DNA of 63,776 nucleotides, filler included, from Methanobacteriota archaeon (GTDB lineage: Archaea; JACRDV01), in NCBI GenBank assembly GCA_024860865.1. It is 7 parts of 7 records of this genome, joined end to end, with 100 filler letters (N's around TTAATTAATTAA, not from the genome) between each part and the next. Parts side by side here need not be neighbours in the genome. Positions count along the whole stretch, not along the records: positions 1 to 25,188 come from JACRDV010000155.1; 6 more parts are not named here. The stretch is one strand, 5' to 3'. Under the pieces are notes generated by a model. The model saw nothing but the letters and a program-made list of their open reading frames with translations. It made no database searches and was not told where the DNA came from. Position numbers and translations under genes: made by a program. Of the stretch, positions 8,810 through 19,869 are shown piece by piece. Each line of letters opens with the position of its first letter. Position 1 is the first letter of the stretch.

Positions 8810-11019
8810 CTACGACTGAAGCTGCTATCCAAGTCAGCTTAACTCCAGAAGAAATTGAGCTTGCAAAAAAGAGGATGGGTAGAAAACTAAATTCCACAGA
8901 ACTCTTTATGGTGGAAACCATGTGGTCAGAGCATTGTTCATACAAAAGCTCAAGACCATTGCTCAAACTCTTCACAACAACTGGAAAGCATGTTTTAGTT
9001 GGACCAGGTTATGATGCTGGAGCAATTGATATTGGCGATGGTTGGGCAGTTGTAACAAAAATCGAGAGCCATAACCATCCTTCAGCAATTGAGCCTTATT
9101 CAGGAGCAGCCACTGGCATAGGTGGAATTGTGCGCGATATTTTATCATTAGGCGCAAGACCGATCGCTTTACTTGATTCACTTAGGTTTGGGTCTATTGA
9201 AAAAGAGCGCTCCAGATATTTATTTGATTGGGTTGTTAAAGGAATTGCAGACTATGGGAACCGAATCGGAGTACCAACTGTTGCTGGCGAAGTTGAATTT
9301 GATGAAGGTTTCGAGTTCAATCCATTAGTTAATGTAATGTGCGTTGGAATTGTTCCCAAAGATAAAATTGTTAAAGCAATTGCTGAACATCCTGGCGACT
9401 CCGTTATCTTAGTAGGGAGTTCAACTGGAAGAGATGGAATTCATGGCGTAACCTTTGCTTCTGCAGAATTAACAGCTGCAGCTGAAGAGGTAAGTAGACC
9501 AGCTGTTCAAATTGGGGACCCCTTCACAAAGAAGCTTTTAATTGAAGCTGTGCTTGAGGCACTTGCAAGTGGCAAAGTTCATGGGTTAAAGGACCTTGGC
9601 GGTGGGGGCTTAACATGCGCATCCTCCGAAATGTCATCAAAAGGCAATACTGGCATGGAAATTGATATTTCTAAAATTCCTAAGCGCGAGCCTGGAATGG
9701 TTCCTTATGAGGTAATGCTTTCCGAATCCCAAGAAAGGATGTTGTTAATAGTTGAACCAGGCTCTGAAGAAGAGTTCATAAAAATTTTTCAAAAATATGA
9801 TCTGAATGTTTCAGTTATTGGAAAAGTAACAGATACTGGTTTTGTTGTTGTGAAAGATGGAGATAAAATTATTGCAAAAGTTCAATCTAGATTGCTTGCT
9901 GAGGATTCTCCTGTAGTATACCGAGAAGCAAAAGTACCAATTGATATTGAAAAGTTAAGGGATATTAAAGAACCTCTCGAGCCAGCTGACTTGAAATCCG
10001 TTTTTTTAAAAGTTTTAGCTTCTCCAACTATAGCATCAAAAGAGTGGATCTATCGCCAGTATGATCATGAAGTTCAAATTAGAACTGTAATCAAACCTGG
10101 ATATGCTGATGCTGCTGTTCTTAGGATTGCTGACAAAAAAGGAATTGCTATAAAAACTGATTGTAATAGTTTGCATGTTAAGCTTGATCCTTATTATGGA
10201 GGAGCAGGAGCAGTTGCTGAAGCAGCCCGCAATTTAGTTTGTGTAGGAGCAGAGCCAGCTGCAATTGTTGATTGCCTTAACTTTGGAAACCCAGAAAAGC
10301 CAGAAGTATTTTGGCAGTTTTCCGAAGCCGTCCGCGGAATGGCTGATATGGCAAAGGGTTTGGAAATCCCTGTTATCGGAGGAAATGTGAGCTTCTACAA
10401 CGAGACTGAAGGAGTTGCTGTTAATCCTGCTCCCGTAGTTGGTATGGTCGGAGTAATTGAAGATATTGCTAAATCACCTACTATGGGATTCAAAAACTCA
10501 GGAAATGGAATCGTTATTATAGGTGAAACAAAAAAGGAACTAGGTGGTTCCCAATACTATCTAAAAGTGCATGGCATTCGCGGAGGCTACCCTCCAAAAA
10601 CAGATCCTCCAACAGAAAAACAAACCTTGTTAACAATTCTTGAAACGATTAAAAGTGGTTATGCACTGGTAGCTCACGATTGCTCGGAAGGCGGTTTAGC
10701 TGTAGCTCTTGTTGAGATGGCCATTGTTAGTGGTCTTGGATTTACAATTGATCTGGCGAAAGTTTTAGTTCGAGAGCCTCTAAAAGATAGCGAGCTTTTA
10801 TTCTCTGAGTCGCACTCAAGAATAGTTTTAGAAGTTAAACAAGAAAATATTGAAAGAGTGCGCAGCATTGCAAAAAAATTTGGTGTAAAAGCAAGTGTAG
10901 TCGGAGAAGTTACTAAGGACCCTATCTTAATTATTAAAAGAGATAATTCAATCGTTTTGACTTGCGCTTTAAGTGACGCTCAATCGGTTTGGACTCGGAG
11001 TATTCCGAGTTATATGTGA
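8806..11019 (+). CDS. purL: FGAM synthase subunit PurL
   Basis: MWSEHCSYKSS, ESHNHPS, SESQERM and GGNVSFYN motifs. Confidence 0.97.
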   Translation: MTTTEAAIQVSLTPEEIELAKKRMGRKLNSTELFMVETMWSEHCSYKSSRPLLKLFTTTGKHVLVGPGYDAGAIDIGDGWAVVTKIESHNHPSAIEPYSGAATGIGGIVRDILSLGARPIALLDSLRFGSIEKERSRYLFDWVVKGIADYGNRIGVPTVAGEVEFDEGFEFNPLVNVMCVGIVPKDKIVKAIAEHPGDSVILVGSSTGRDGIHGVTFASAELTAAAEEVSRPAVQIGDPFTKKLLIEAVLEALASGKVHGLKDLGGGGLTCASSEMSSKGNTGMEIDISKIPKREPGMVPYEVMLSESQERMLLIVEPGSEEEFIKIFQKYDLNVSVIGKVTDTGFVVVKDGDKIIAKVQSRLLAEDSPVVYREAKVPIDIEKLRDIKEPLEPADLKSVFLKVLASPTIASKEWIYRQYDHEVQIRTVIKPGYADAAVLRIADKKGIAIKTDCNSLHVKLDPYYGGAGAVAEAARNLVCVGAEPAAIVDCLNFGNPEKPEVFWQFSEAVRGMADMAKGLEIPVIGGNVSFYNETEGVAVNPAPVVGMVGVIEDIAKSPTMGFKNSGNGIVIIGETKKELGGSQYYLKVHGIRGGYPPKTDPPTEKQTLLTILETIKSGYALVAHDCSEGGLAVALVEMAIVSGLGFTIDLAKVLVREPLKDSELLFSESHSRIVLEVKQENIERVRSIAKKFGVKASVVGEVTKDPILIIKRDNSIVLTCALSDAQSVWTRSIPSYM

Positions 11020-11028
11020 GGTTGTATT

Positions 11029-12444
11029 ATGAATCCATTAATTCGAGATAAGTGCGCAGTATTTGGGATATACTCGCTTGATAAACGTGCTGAAATTGCT
11101 AAATCCATATATTATGGATTGCTCTCGCTGCAGCACCGCGGCCAAGAATCAGCTGGGATTGCAACATATGATGGAGCGCAAATCTATCTTGGAAAATCGA
11201 TGGGATTAGTTGCTGATGTATTCCCAGAAGAGGAACTTAAAAAGTTCATCGGATACACTGGAATTGGACATGTTCGTTATTCAACAACTGGCGAGTCTAG
11301 GCTTGAAAATGCTCATCCGCAGCTAGTTGATGGCAAAAGAGGAAGATTAGCTATAGTCCATAATGGAAATTTGGTTAATTATTCTCAACTTAGAAAAGAG
11401 CTCGAGTTAAAGGGCTGCAAATTCCAAACTACTACCGACACTGAAGTGATTGGGCTAGCAATTGCAATGGAAGAGGGAGATTTAACTCAAGCTATTTCTA
11501 GAACAATGGAAAAGCTTGAAGGATCATATTCATTTATCATTCTGACTGATAAGGGAGAATTTGCCGCAGTAAGAGATCCTTTTGGTTTTAGACCGCTTTG
11601 TTATGGTGAGGATGGAAAGAAATTTATTTTTGCATCAGAAACTGTTGCCTTTGATATAGTTGATGCATCTTATGTCCGAGATGTGGAACCCGGCGAGATT
11701 GTCGTTGTAAATGAAAGTGGCCTTCAATCTAATAGGCCAATTAAGTTGACCCGCACTGCCTATTGTATGTTTGAATATGTTTACTTCAGCAGGCCCGATT
11801 CAATTCTAAATGGAAAATCAGTTTATGAAACTCGCAGGAAAATCGGAGAGCTTTTAGCGCAAGAACATCCAGTTGAGGCTGATGTGATCATACCCGTTCC
11901 AGACTCTGCTAGGCCTCACTCTGAGGGTTATGCTAGCATAAATAGGCTGCCAATTGTAGAAGGATTAGTTAAAAACCGGTATATTGGGCGAACTTTTATA
12001 ATGCCCTATCAGAAAGCTAGAGAACTTCTTGTTAGAGCTAAACTAAATCCTGTACGCTCAATTTTAAAAGACAGGCGCGTTGTTTTGCTCGATGACAGCA
12101 TCGTGCGCGGTACAACTTCAAAAAGCATAGTTGAATTGCTGAAAAAAGCTGGAGCAAAAGAAGTTCATGTGAGAATTGGCTGTCCTCCGATAAAATCACC
12201 TTGCTTCTATGGCATTGACATGCCTACTAGGGAAGAGTTGATTGCTTCGAGGAGAACAATTCCAACCATTGCAAGCGAGATTAATGCCGACTCGCTCGGT
12301 TATCTTAGCATTGAAAATTTAATTCAAGCAATTGGATTTAGTAAAGATGAACTTTGCCTTGCCTGTTTAACTGGTGAATATCCTACTCAAATAGCGGCAA
12401 TTAAAGCTGAGGCTCAAATTGCAAATCAAGTAGTTGTAGAATAG
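11029..12444 (+). CDS. purF: Amidophosphoribosyltransferase
   Basis: Short propeptide then Cys; QHRGQES, GHVRYST, DDSIVRGTT and CLAC motifs. Confidence 0.96.
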   Translation: MNPLIRDKCAVFGIYSLDKRAEIAKSIYYGLLSLQHRGQESAGIATYDGAQIYLGKSMGLVADVFPEEELKKFIGYTGIGHVRYSTTGESRLENAHPQLVDGKRGRLAIVHNGNLVNYSQLRKELELKGCKFQTTTDTEVIGLAIAMEEGDLTQAISRTMEKLEGSYSFIILTDKGEFAAVRDPFGFRPLCYGEDGKKFIFASETVAFDIVDASYVRDVEPGEIVVVNESGLQSNRPIKLTRTAYCMFEYVYFSRPDSILNGKSVYETRRKIGELLAQEHPVEADVIIPVPDSARPHSEGYASINRLPIVEGLVKNRYIGRTFIMPYQKARELLVRAKLNPVRSILKDRRVVLLDDSIVRGTTSKSIVELLKKAGAKEVHVRIGCPPIKSPCFYGIDMPTREELIASRRTIPTIASEINADSLGYLSIENLIQAIGFSKDELCLACLTGEYPTQIAAIKAEAQIANQVVVE

Positions 12445-12485
12445 ATTGCTAAAGAAACTATTAAATTCAAATCGGCAGTGGTCCA

Positions 12486-13928
12486 ATGGAAAGAGTTCGC
12501 ATTGGGATTATCAGTTATGGCGCTAGAGAAGCTGCGATAGTGGATGCTTTTTCTCGTAGCAATTATAATGTTGAATTTTATATCGCGGACAAACAAAGAA
12601 ATCCTTTCAATGTGAAAAAAGCCGAAGAGACTAGAGGAGCTCATACAGTAATTCCTGATCTTGATGTAAATGAAATTTGTAAATTTTTTAAAAAACATCA
12701 GAATAAGGTTGATTTTATAATACCTGGCTGCGAGGGTCCGATAATTAATGGTCTTAGAAATGTCGTTGAAGAAGAAACCAGAATACCTGTGATTTGTCCA
12801 ACAAAAGAATATGCTGTTGAAAAAAGCAAAGTTGCTCAACGTTTTTTATTCCAAAAAGTTGTGCCTGAAGTCAATCCTCAATTCAAAGTATTTGATCCAA
12901 AAGACTATAATGGCAAAAGCAGAGATGAGCTAAAAAAAGATATTTACGAGTGGATTAACGAACTTGGTGGCGTAGAGAAAAGTGTAATTAAGCCAGACAA
13001 ACCTGGCTTTGGCAAAGGGGTTGGAGTTGGAGGCGAACATTTCACAACATGGGAGCAGGCTTTTGGGCACTTTCTTTCTCTTTATGGAGATGGAAGAGAG
13101 CCCGTGATAATTGAGGAAAAAATTGAGGGTGAAGAGTCTAGCTTTCAAGCATGGTGCGATGGAAAACATCTAGAAGTGCTGCCGGATACGCGAGATCACA
13201 AAAGAAGATTCGATGGCGATAAAGGCGAAAATACGGGAGGAATGGGCTCTTTTTGTGATGCAAAACCTTGGCTACCATTTATGACTAAAGCAGATTGGGA
13301 AAAAGAAATTGAAATTGTGAACAAAGTTTTTGCACATTTGAGAGGAAATGGTTATAATTCTGGTTTAATAGGTATGCCATTCTACGTTGCGTTTGCACAT
13401 ACTGCAAAAGAACCAAAGGGATTTGAAATTAACTCACGACCTGGCGATCCTGAAATTATTAACATAATGCCGATTATGAAAAATGATTTTGTCGAAGTTT
13501 GCTATCGCATATTAGAGGGAAATTTGCCTCGGCTTGAACTTGAACCGCTTGCAACTGTTGTAACTTATAAAGTGCCGCCCCATTATCCTGAGAAAAAGAA
13601 AGCGACGGAGACAAGAATAGACCTAACTGAAGCCTATAAATTGAAAGAGAAACACGGAGATAAAATTAGAATTTATACCGGCTCGGCTGAATTGGATATG
13701 GATGGGAAAACAATTCATGCTTTAAGTTCAAGAGTGGTAGGAGTTGTTGGCATTGCTGAGACTATTTCAGCAGCGCGTGAGATTTCGCTTGAAGGCATAA
13801 GAGCAATAGGGGGTCCTTTTGAGTTAGATTATAGGAAAGATATTGGGTCGCAGTATTACATTAACAAGACTATCGAACATATGAAAAAGTTGAGAGCCGC
13901 TCTCAATTCTAATCTTTTCGTTCGCTGA
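12486..13928 (+). CDS. purD: Phosphoribosylamine-glycine ligase
   Basis: GAREAA, GKGV, DHKRRFDGDKGENTGGMG and EINSRPGDPE motifs; last gene of the pur operon. Confidence 0.9.
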   Translation: MERVRIGIISYGAREAAIVDAFSRSNYNVEFYIADKQRNPFNVKKAEETRGAHTVIPDLDVNEICKFFKKHQNKVDFIIPGCEGPIINGLRNVVEEETRIPVICPTKEYAVEKSKVAQRFLFQKVVPEVNPQFKVFDPKDYNGKSRDELKKDIYEWINELGGVEKSVIKPDKPGFGKGVGVGGEHFTTWEQAFGHFLSLYGDGREPVIIEEKIEGEESSFQAWCDGKHLEVLPDTRDHKRRFDGDKGENTGGMGSFCDAKPWLPFMTKADWEKEIEIVNKVFAHLRGNGYNSGLIGMPFYVAFAHTAKEPKGFEINSRPGDPEIINIMPIMKNDFVEVCYRILEGNLPRLELEPLATVVTYKVPPHYPEKKKATETRIDLTEAYKLKEKHGDKIRIYTGSAELDMDGKTIHALSSRVVGVVGIAETISAAREISLEGIRAIGGPFELDYRKDIGSQYYINKTIEHMKKLRAALNSNLFVR

Positions 13929-14197
13929 TAGTGAAGTACACTCTTAAAACCTAAAAACTGTGCTCGTTAAGCGCTACTAGTTGACGTGAATAGAAAGTGG
14001 ATGCTAAATGAGCTGTAAACTTAAGAGCTCCCAAAAGTTATGTTGGGTTAAACCTGGTCTAGTGCACATTTTTCCCTAATTCTCAGCAAAATTCGGTTTA
14101 TTCTATCCAGAGGCTGAGGCCTTTGTTTTAACTAAAAAATTAGTAGTTCTGCTTGGGAGAGCCAACAATTTATATAAATTTTGAATAAAATATAACC

Positions 14198-15310
14198 ATG
14201 CTTTTAAAATTACAAGTCAAAAACTACAAAAGTTTAGAAGATTTTGAATTAAGAGTTGACAACTTTAATGTCCTTATTGGCCCAAACAATAGCGGAAAAA
14301 GCAATGTTTTTGATTGCTTATCTTTTCTATCCGAGGTATCAAGAGAAGGCACAATCGTAAATGCCATTAGAAGGCGGGAAGAATATGAGCATATAGTTTA
14401 TGGTGGGCACTCCGACAGAGAGATTCAGATTGGAATTGAAGCCGAAATAGATAGATCAAGAGTAAATTATGAATTCTCCTTCTGGAAATATGATATTATA
14501 AAAGAGAAGTTAACAGTTGATAAAAATGGAGAAACTACAATACTTTTTGAAGGAGAAGGTGGAAGAGGCAAAGTATTTGATGAACTGGAGAGAGTAACGC
14601 GAGAGTATTCTGTTGGATCTCAAACATTAGCACTTTATTCTTTCTACGATTTAAAAAGAAGTCAAACGGCAGTGGCCATTAAAAACTATTTTCAAAACTG
14701 GAAATTTTACAGTTTTATTCCATTTATGATGAGAACATATGAGCAACCTAGAAAAAATTTAGATGCTGGAGTTAGGGGAGAACATCTAGCGCAGGTTCTT
14801 CATACGCTCCTTTCTGAATATCCTTCTCACTTCGAGAAAATTGATGAAACGTTAAGAGCTTCTGTTCGAGAAACTGAAAGATTGCACTCGCCCCTAACAG
14901 AAGATGGAAGAACTTACGTAGGTGTGAAAGAAAAATATTTTAAAAAACCATTCACATCCATGCAGATTTCCGATGGTACCTTACGACTTCTAGCTCATTT
15001 AGCAGTTCTATTTTCCCCTTCCTCACCTCCGTTGGCTTGCTTCGAGGAACCCGAAAACCATGTTCACCCCCGGCTTTTAGAACTTCTAGCCGAGGTGCTC
15101 AAAAAAGGAGCTGCAAAAACACAAGTTTTAGTCTCCACGCATTCACCATATTTTCTCAATTTTATCCCACCTGAAAATTTAATTATTATCGAGAGAGTAG
15201 AAGGAAAGACTATCTCAAAAAGACTTAAAAAAGGAGAATTAAAGGACTTCTTGGAAGAATTTTCCATCGGCGAACTTTGGTATTCAGGTGAACTTGGTGG
15301 AACGCCATAG
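14198..15310 (+). CDS. ABC/AAA-type ATPase (AAA_21-like)
   Basis: GPNNSGKSN Walker A, ISDGTLR signature, EEPENHVHP and VSTHSP motifs. Confidence 0.88.
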   Translation: MLLKLQVKNYKSLEDFELRVDNFNVLIGPNNSGKSNVFDCLSFLSEVSREGTIVNAIRRREEYEHIVYGGHSDREIQIGIEAEIDRSRVNYEFSFWKYDIIKEKLTVDKNGETTILFEGEGGRGKVFDELERVTREYSVGSQTLALYSFYDLKRSQTAVAIKNYFQNWKFYSFIPFMMRTYEQPRKNLDAGVRGEHLAQVLHTLLSEYPSHFEKIDETLRASVRETERLHSPLTEDGRTYVGVKEKYFKKPFTSMQISDGTLRLLAHLAVLFSPSSPPLACFEEPENHVHPRLLELLAEVLKKGAAKTQVLVSTHSPYFLNFIPPENLIIIERVEGKTISKRLKKGELKDFLEEFSIGELWYSGELGGTP

Positions 15311-15824
15311 AGGCATAATTGTAGAAGGACCAAGTGATGAAAAAGTAATCAAAGAGATAGCAACGAGGCTTGGAATTCCAATAAGGGTGAGAGTAGCCAA
15401 AGGAAAACCAGAACTTTTAAAGAAAATGGATAGTTATGCTCTGCTATTAAGGGAATGTGAAAAAGTTATAGCATTGATAGATTCCCATTGTACTGAAATA
15501 TCCAAAGTTGAAGATGAGGTTACTAGGGCAAGAAAAAATTCGCAAAGAGAAATTAAAATTTGCATTGTTAGGCATGCAATTGAAGCGTGGTTCCTTGCAG
15601 ATGAAAATGCTTTGGGAGAATTTGTAGAAAATCCAACAGCAATTTCAAATCCAGAAGAAATTTGTAAGCCTGATGAAGAAATTGAAAAACTATTCAGAAA
15701 TTCGGGAAAGGAATATCTCAAAACTAGAGATGCACTAAAACTAATTAATAAAATTAATTTCACGTCCGTTGAGAGGAAATGTGAAAGTTTTAAAAGCTTC
15801 CTTAAATTATTAATGGACTGCTAG
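15288..15824 (+). CDS. DUF4276-like (TOPRIM-like) partner protein
   Basis: IIVEGPSD, LIDS and IEAWFLAD motifs; overlaps the end of the ATPase gene. Confidence 0.75.
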   Translation: MNLVERHRGIIVEGPSDEKVIKEIATRLGIPIRVRVAKGKPELLKKMDSYALLLRECEKVIALIDSHCTEISKVEDEVTRARKNSQREIKICIVRHAIEAWFLADENALGEFVENPTAISNPEEICKPDEEIEKLFRNSGKEYLKTRDALKLINKINFTSVERKCESFKSFLKLLMDC

Positions 15825-16331
15825 GAGCGATGGAAAAAACATTTCGTATAGATGAAATAAATTTGAGATTAAAATTTCTTAAAAATACCTGTTATTCTCT
15901 ATTTACTGGTATGTGCCCTATTTGGGGTAATTACTTTAAATTTAGTGCTAAAGAAGTCTTTCAATATGATTTCATTGTTACTATGAAAAAGCATTTGGGA
16001 CCTTAGTTTATTGTGCATTGTGGTGTTGATTGAACCGTTGTTTGCTTGGCATTATAGCCCGTTTAAGAACTTGGTCACCCCAGATTCTCGCTTAAATGAA
16101 TGAGCTTCGAGTTTGCATGGGAACATGGCAAAATAGAACTGAGTTCGCACACTTTTTTTCATTATTCTTTTAGTGAGTTTACTCAATGTATGGTTCTTAA
16201 AAGAAACGTTACCTTTAAGGCCTAGACCTTGTGACTAAACCACGCGATTTCATTTCAAGACTGCCTTTCATCAAAGGCTATTTCTTTACAACTAAAAACA
16301 CTAGCATGTTCTTTAAATTTTCAATTTGGGT

Positions 16332-16461
16332 TGCTTTGTTGCACAATTTCGAAAATTTAACCAACTTTGTTAATTTTTCAATATAGAATTATTCTTTATT
16401 ATTTGTATTTCAAATTAAATTTGCATGTTAATTTCGGGTTATTAGGTTATGCAACACAGCA
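16332..16461. mobile_element. 130-bp MITE with IS5/IS903-like terminal inverted repeats
   Basis: TIRs TGCTTTGTTGCACAA (16332-16346) and TTATGCAACACAGCA (16447-16461), 13/15 match. Flanked by direct repeat ATTTGGGT at 16324-16331 and 16462-16469. Confidence 0.75.
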
Positions 16462-16715
16462 ATTTGGGTAGGGGATTAATTCAAGTTGCAATTAGCACTG
16501 TTATCTATTACTTCCTCTTTCTCATTTGAAAAACTCTAACATTCTCATTTAGAAAGTAAATAGAATCTAGCAGAATTTATTAATTAGTTAGAAAATCTAC
16601 TCATACCTCTCATACCTCCTAAAATACTAATAAGAAATTTTTTATCGCTAAATATTCCTAATTAAGGCGAACATGATACTCAAGGAATACATAGGCTTTA
16701 GTAGGGCAATCCATT

Positions 16716-19700
16716 ATGATAGTACTGCATGCAATTGGGGTACTTGCTAAAGAGAACGCTAGTGGATCGTTTTGTTTTTGGGGCGAATCTCAAAAGCTTT
16801 TTGAAGCAATCAAAAGTTCAAAAGGGGAGAGCAAACTTGAGAGCGCTGAACTGATACATCCCTTTCAAGCACCTGAGCAGGAAATACTTGCCGCTCTCAG
16901 CACATTCGATGGGATAAAAAATCGCAAGCATCAAAATAGATGGCAGACTATACTGCTTCCCACAATTGGCGACTATCCTGAGCATTCACACAAGCATTTT
17001 GACGAGCTTAGCCGCAAGTTAGAAAGCGGAGCTAAGCTGAAACTCGCGCCTTGGAAAATTCGATGTATAGAACTTCCTATGTACGAAACACTACAATTGC
17101 TTGTACGTGTTCCTGAGAAAAGCACTGAGCTTCCCGCAGAAGTCTCGTTAGGTGCGGACCTGAAATTCTGGAGCGCTACCGCCAAATTCGCGCTAGAACT
17201 GCTTGCCCGCCAGAGATTTCTGCCTTCTGTAATTGACCGCAAAGTTGGAGTTTGTGCAGCATGGAGAGCCGTCATTAATACCCCTAATGATTTGCAACGG
17301 CTTAAGCTATTAGCTGAATCTATGCCACCAGTTTGCCGTGCACTTCTTGAGAAAAGTCGAAGCCCCTCAACAGAGATTTCTCTCTCACCTCGTGAGCTCA
17401 TAATAGATTTTCTAAATTCTATAGTGGATGCAACAATCCGGAAATGGTTTGCTGATGAACTTAACAGGAGTCGCACTCGGATGGAACAGCTTCTGGGCAG
17501 AGAAAATTTGATGTCAACTTGGTTTAGAGGTTTGAGTTTTTCAAACCCCTCACTTAAAGGAACTACTCATGAGCTCAAGATACTGCGAGAATCTGCGGGG
17601 CTTTGGACTGCGAGCATTGATATGGGTGGGCAAGAGCTTCCGTGGCGAACTTGTTTTCGACTTGAAGAACCCGAATACGATTCGAATCAAAATGAATGGT
17701 ATCTTTCATTTCATCTCCAAGCGACAGATGACAGAAGTCTTCTCATCCCCGCTAAGACACTATGGAAAAATGACTCAACTTTGAAATTTCTCAATCGCAA
17801 ATTCAATCATCCACAAGAAATATTTCTTGAAGATTTGGCAAAAGCATCCAGGCTTTTTACTCCTATAGAACAGAGCCTAAAAGCTCCCTTGCCTGTGGGC
17901 TGTACGCTTAAGGCAGAGCAGGCATGGTGGTTTTTAAAAGAAGGTTCTTGGCTTTTAGAGGAGAGCGGTTATGGAATCTTTGTGCCTTCTTGGTGGACCG
18001 AGAAAGGTAAGTTAGCTAGTGTAGGAATTAGAATTAAAGTAGAGCCAAAAGCTTCAAGCCCTTCAGCGAGTTTTTTCACTTTAGCTAACCTAGTTGATTT
18101 TAGTTGGCAACTCGCTGTTGGTGACGAAACATTAACCTATGAGGAGTTTAAAAAACTTGCACAGCTGAAAATACCGTTGGTGCGTGTGCGTGGAAAATGG
18201 GTGGAGCTGAACAAAGAGCAAGTTGAGAGCGCAATAAAATACTTTCAAAAGTTAGAAGAGGGAGGTTTGACACTAGCCAACGCACTGCGGATAGGACTTG
18301 GGCAAGAAAAAATAGGACTACCTATAGTAAGATTCGATGCTGGAGGTTGGCTTAAGGATTTAGTTGCTGACGGGGATAACGCGCACTTTAACGAGCTTGC
18401 CACTCCAACCGGTTTCAAAGGTACGCTTCGCCCCTATCAAGTGCGTGGCTTTTCGTGGCTTGTCTTTCTTTCGGGAGCGGGGCTAGGCGCCTGTCTTGCA
18501 GACGACATGGGCTTGGGAAAAACTATAGAGCTAATTGCCGCACTTCTGCATGACAAACATAAGAAAAAAACACAACCAACAAAGCCGGTTCTTTTGATCT
18601 GCTCAACATCCATAGTTGGAAACTGGAAGCGGGAGCTTGAGCGTTTTGCACCATTACTAAAAGTAATGATTCATCACGGCTCAGAGCGTTATTCCGGAAA
18701 GAGTTTCATGGAGCAGGCGAAGCAGCATGAGCTCGTTATAAGCACTTATTCGCTTGCTCATAGAGATAAGAAGGACCTTCAGAAAGTAAATTGGGCGGGT
18801 ATTGTTCTCGATGAAGCTCAAAACATTAAAAATCCATACACGAAACAAGCCCAAGCAGTGCGCTGTCTCAGCGTAGGTTACCGTATTGCACTCACAGGCA
18901 CTCCTATTGAGAATCGTCTAAATGAATTATGGTCAATTATGGAATTTCTAAATCCCGGCTATCTAGGATCTCTAAACGATTTCAGACAACAATTCGCTAT
19001 TCCAATCGAGCGCTATCAAGATCAGGAAGTTTCTAAGAAACTTCGGCGTCTGGTCCAACCATTTATACTGAGAAGACTCAAAACGGATAAACGCATTATT
19101 CAAGATTTGCCTGAAAAACTTGAAATGAAAGTATGCTGCACATTGACGCGTGAGCAGGCAACTCTTTACAAAGCAACTGTGGATGATATGATGTCTCAAA
19201 TTGAACGTTCAAAGGGCATCCAACGGAAGGGACTTGTGTTTTCAACGCTGATGAAATTGAAGCAAATTTGTAACCATCCCGTGCTGTTTCTCAAAGATAG
19301 GAGCATCGTCGATAAACGCTCTGGAAAGTTAATGCGTTTAGTTGAAATGCTTGAGGAAGTTCTTGCTGAGGGGGATCGCGCGCTTATTTTTACGCAATTT
19401 GTGACTATGGGCGAAATACTACAGAAACATATACACTCTCTTTTTGGACAGGAAGTTCTGTTTTTGCATGGAGGAGTGAGCCGTAACCTCCGCGATAAGA
19501 TGATTGCTCGTTTCCAAGAGGATGAACATGCACCACCAATATTTATACTTTCCATTAAAGCGGGCGGTTTTGGGCTGAATCTGACAAAAGCAAACCATGT
19601 TTTCCATTTTGATCGCTGGTGGAATCCTGCAGTAGAGAATCAAGCCACTGACCGTGCTTTTCGTATCGGACAAACTCGCAATGTACAGGTGCATAAATTC

Positions 19701-19865
19701 GTTTGTATAGGAACATTGGAAGAAAGAATTGACCAAATGCTTGAGATGAAGAAAGGACTAGCTGAGAACATTCTTGGAACAGATGAAAGTTGGCTGACCG
19801 AGCTTTCAAATGAACAATTGCGTGATATTTTTGCTTTGCGTGCTGATGCTATTCAGGATGAATAA
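16716..19865 (+). CDS. SNF2-family helicase/ATPase
   Basis: LADDMGLGKT, LDEAQNIKN, LTGTPIEN and HFDRWWNPAVENQATDRAFRIGQ motifs. Confidence 0.93.
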   Translation: MIVLHAIGVLAKENASGSFCFWGESQKLFEAIKSSKGESKLESAELIHPFQAPEQEILAALSTFDGIKNRKHQNRWQTILLPTIGDYPEHSHKHFDELSRKLESGAKLKLAPWKIRCIELPMYETLQLLVRVPEKSTELPAEVSLGADLKFWSATAKFALELLARQRFLPSVIDRKVGVCAAWRAVINTPNDLQRLKLLAESMPPVCRALLEKSRSPSTEISLSPRELIIDFLNSIVDATIRKWFADELNRSRTRMEQLLGRENLMSTWFRGLSFSNPSLKGTTHELKILRESAGLWTASIDMGGQELPWRTCFRLEEPEYDSNQNEWYLSFHLQATDDRSLLIPAKTLWKNDSTLKFLNRKFNHPQEIFLEDLAKASRLFTPIEQSLKAPLPVGCTLKAEQAWWFLKEGSWLLEESGYGIFVPSWWTEKGKLASVGIRIKVEPKASSPSASFFTLANLVDFSWQLAVGDETLTYEEFKKLAQLKIPLVRVRGKWVELNKEQVESAIKYFQKLEEGGLTLANALRIGLGQEKIGLPIVRFDAGGWLKDLVADGDNAHFNELATPTGFKGTLRPYQVRGFSWLVFLSGAGLGACLADDMGLGKTIELIAALLHDKHKKKTQPTKPVLLICSTSIVGNWKRELERFAPLLKVMIHHGSERYSGKSFMEQAKQHELVISTYSLAHRDKKDLQKVNWAGIVLDEAQNIKNPYTKQAQAVRCLSVGYRIALTGTPIENRLNELWSIMEFLNPGYLGSLNDFRQQFAIPIERYQDQEVSKKLRRLVQPFILRRLKTDKRIIQDLPEKLEMKVCCTLTREQATLYKATVDDMMSQIERSKGIQRKGLVFSTLMKLKQICNHPVLFLKDRSIVDKRSGKLMRLVEMLEEVLAEGDRALIFTQFVTMGEILQKHIHSLFGQEVLFLHGGVSRNLRDKMIARFQEDEHAPPIFILSIKAGGFGLNLTKANHVFHFDRWWNPAVENQATDRAFRIGQTRNVQVHKFVCIGTLEERIDQMLEMKKGLAENILGTDESWLTELSNEQLRDIFALRADAIQDE

Positions 19866-19869
19866 GTAG

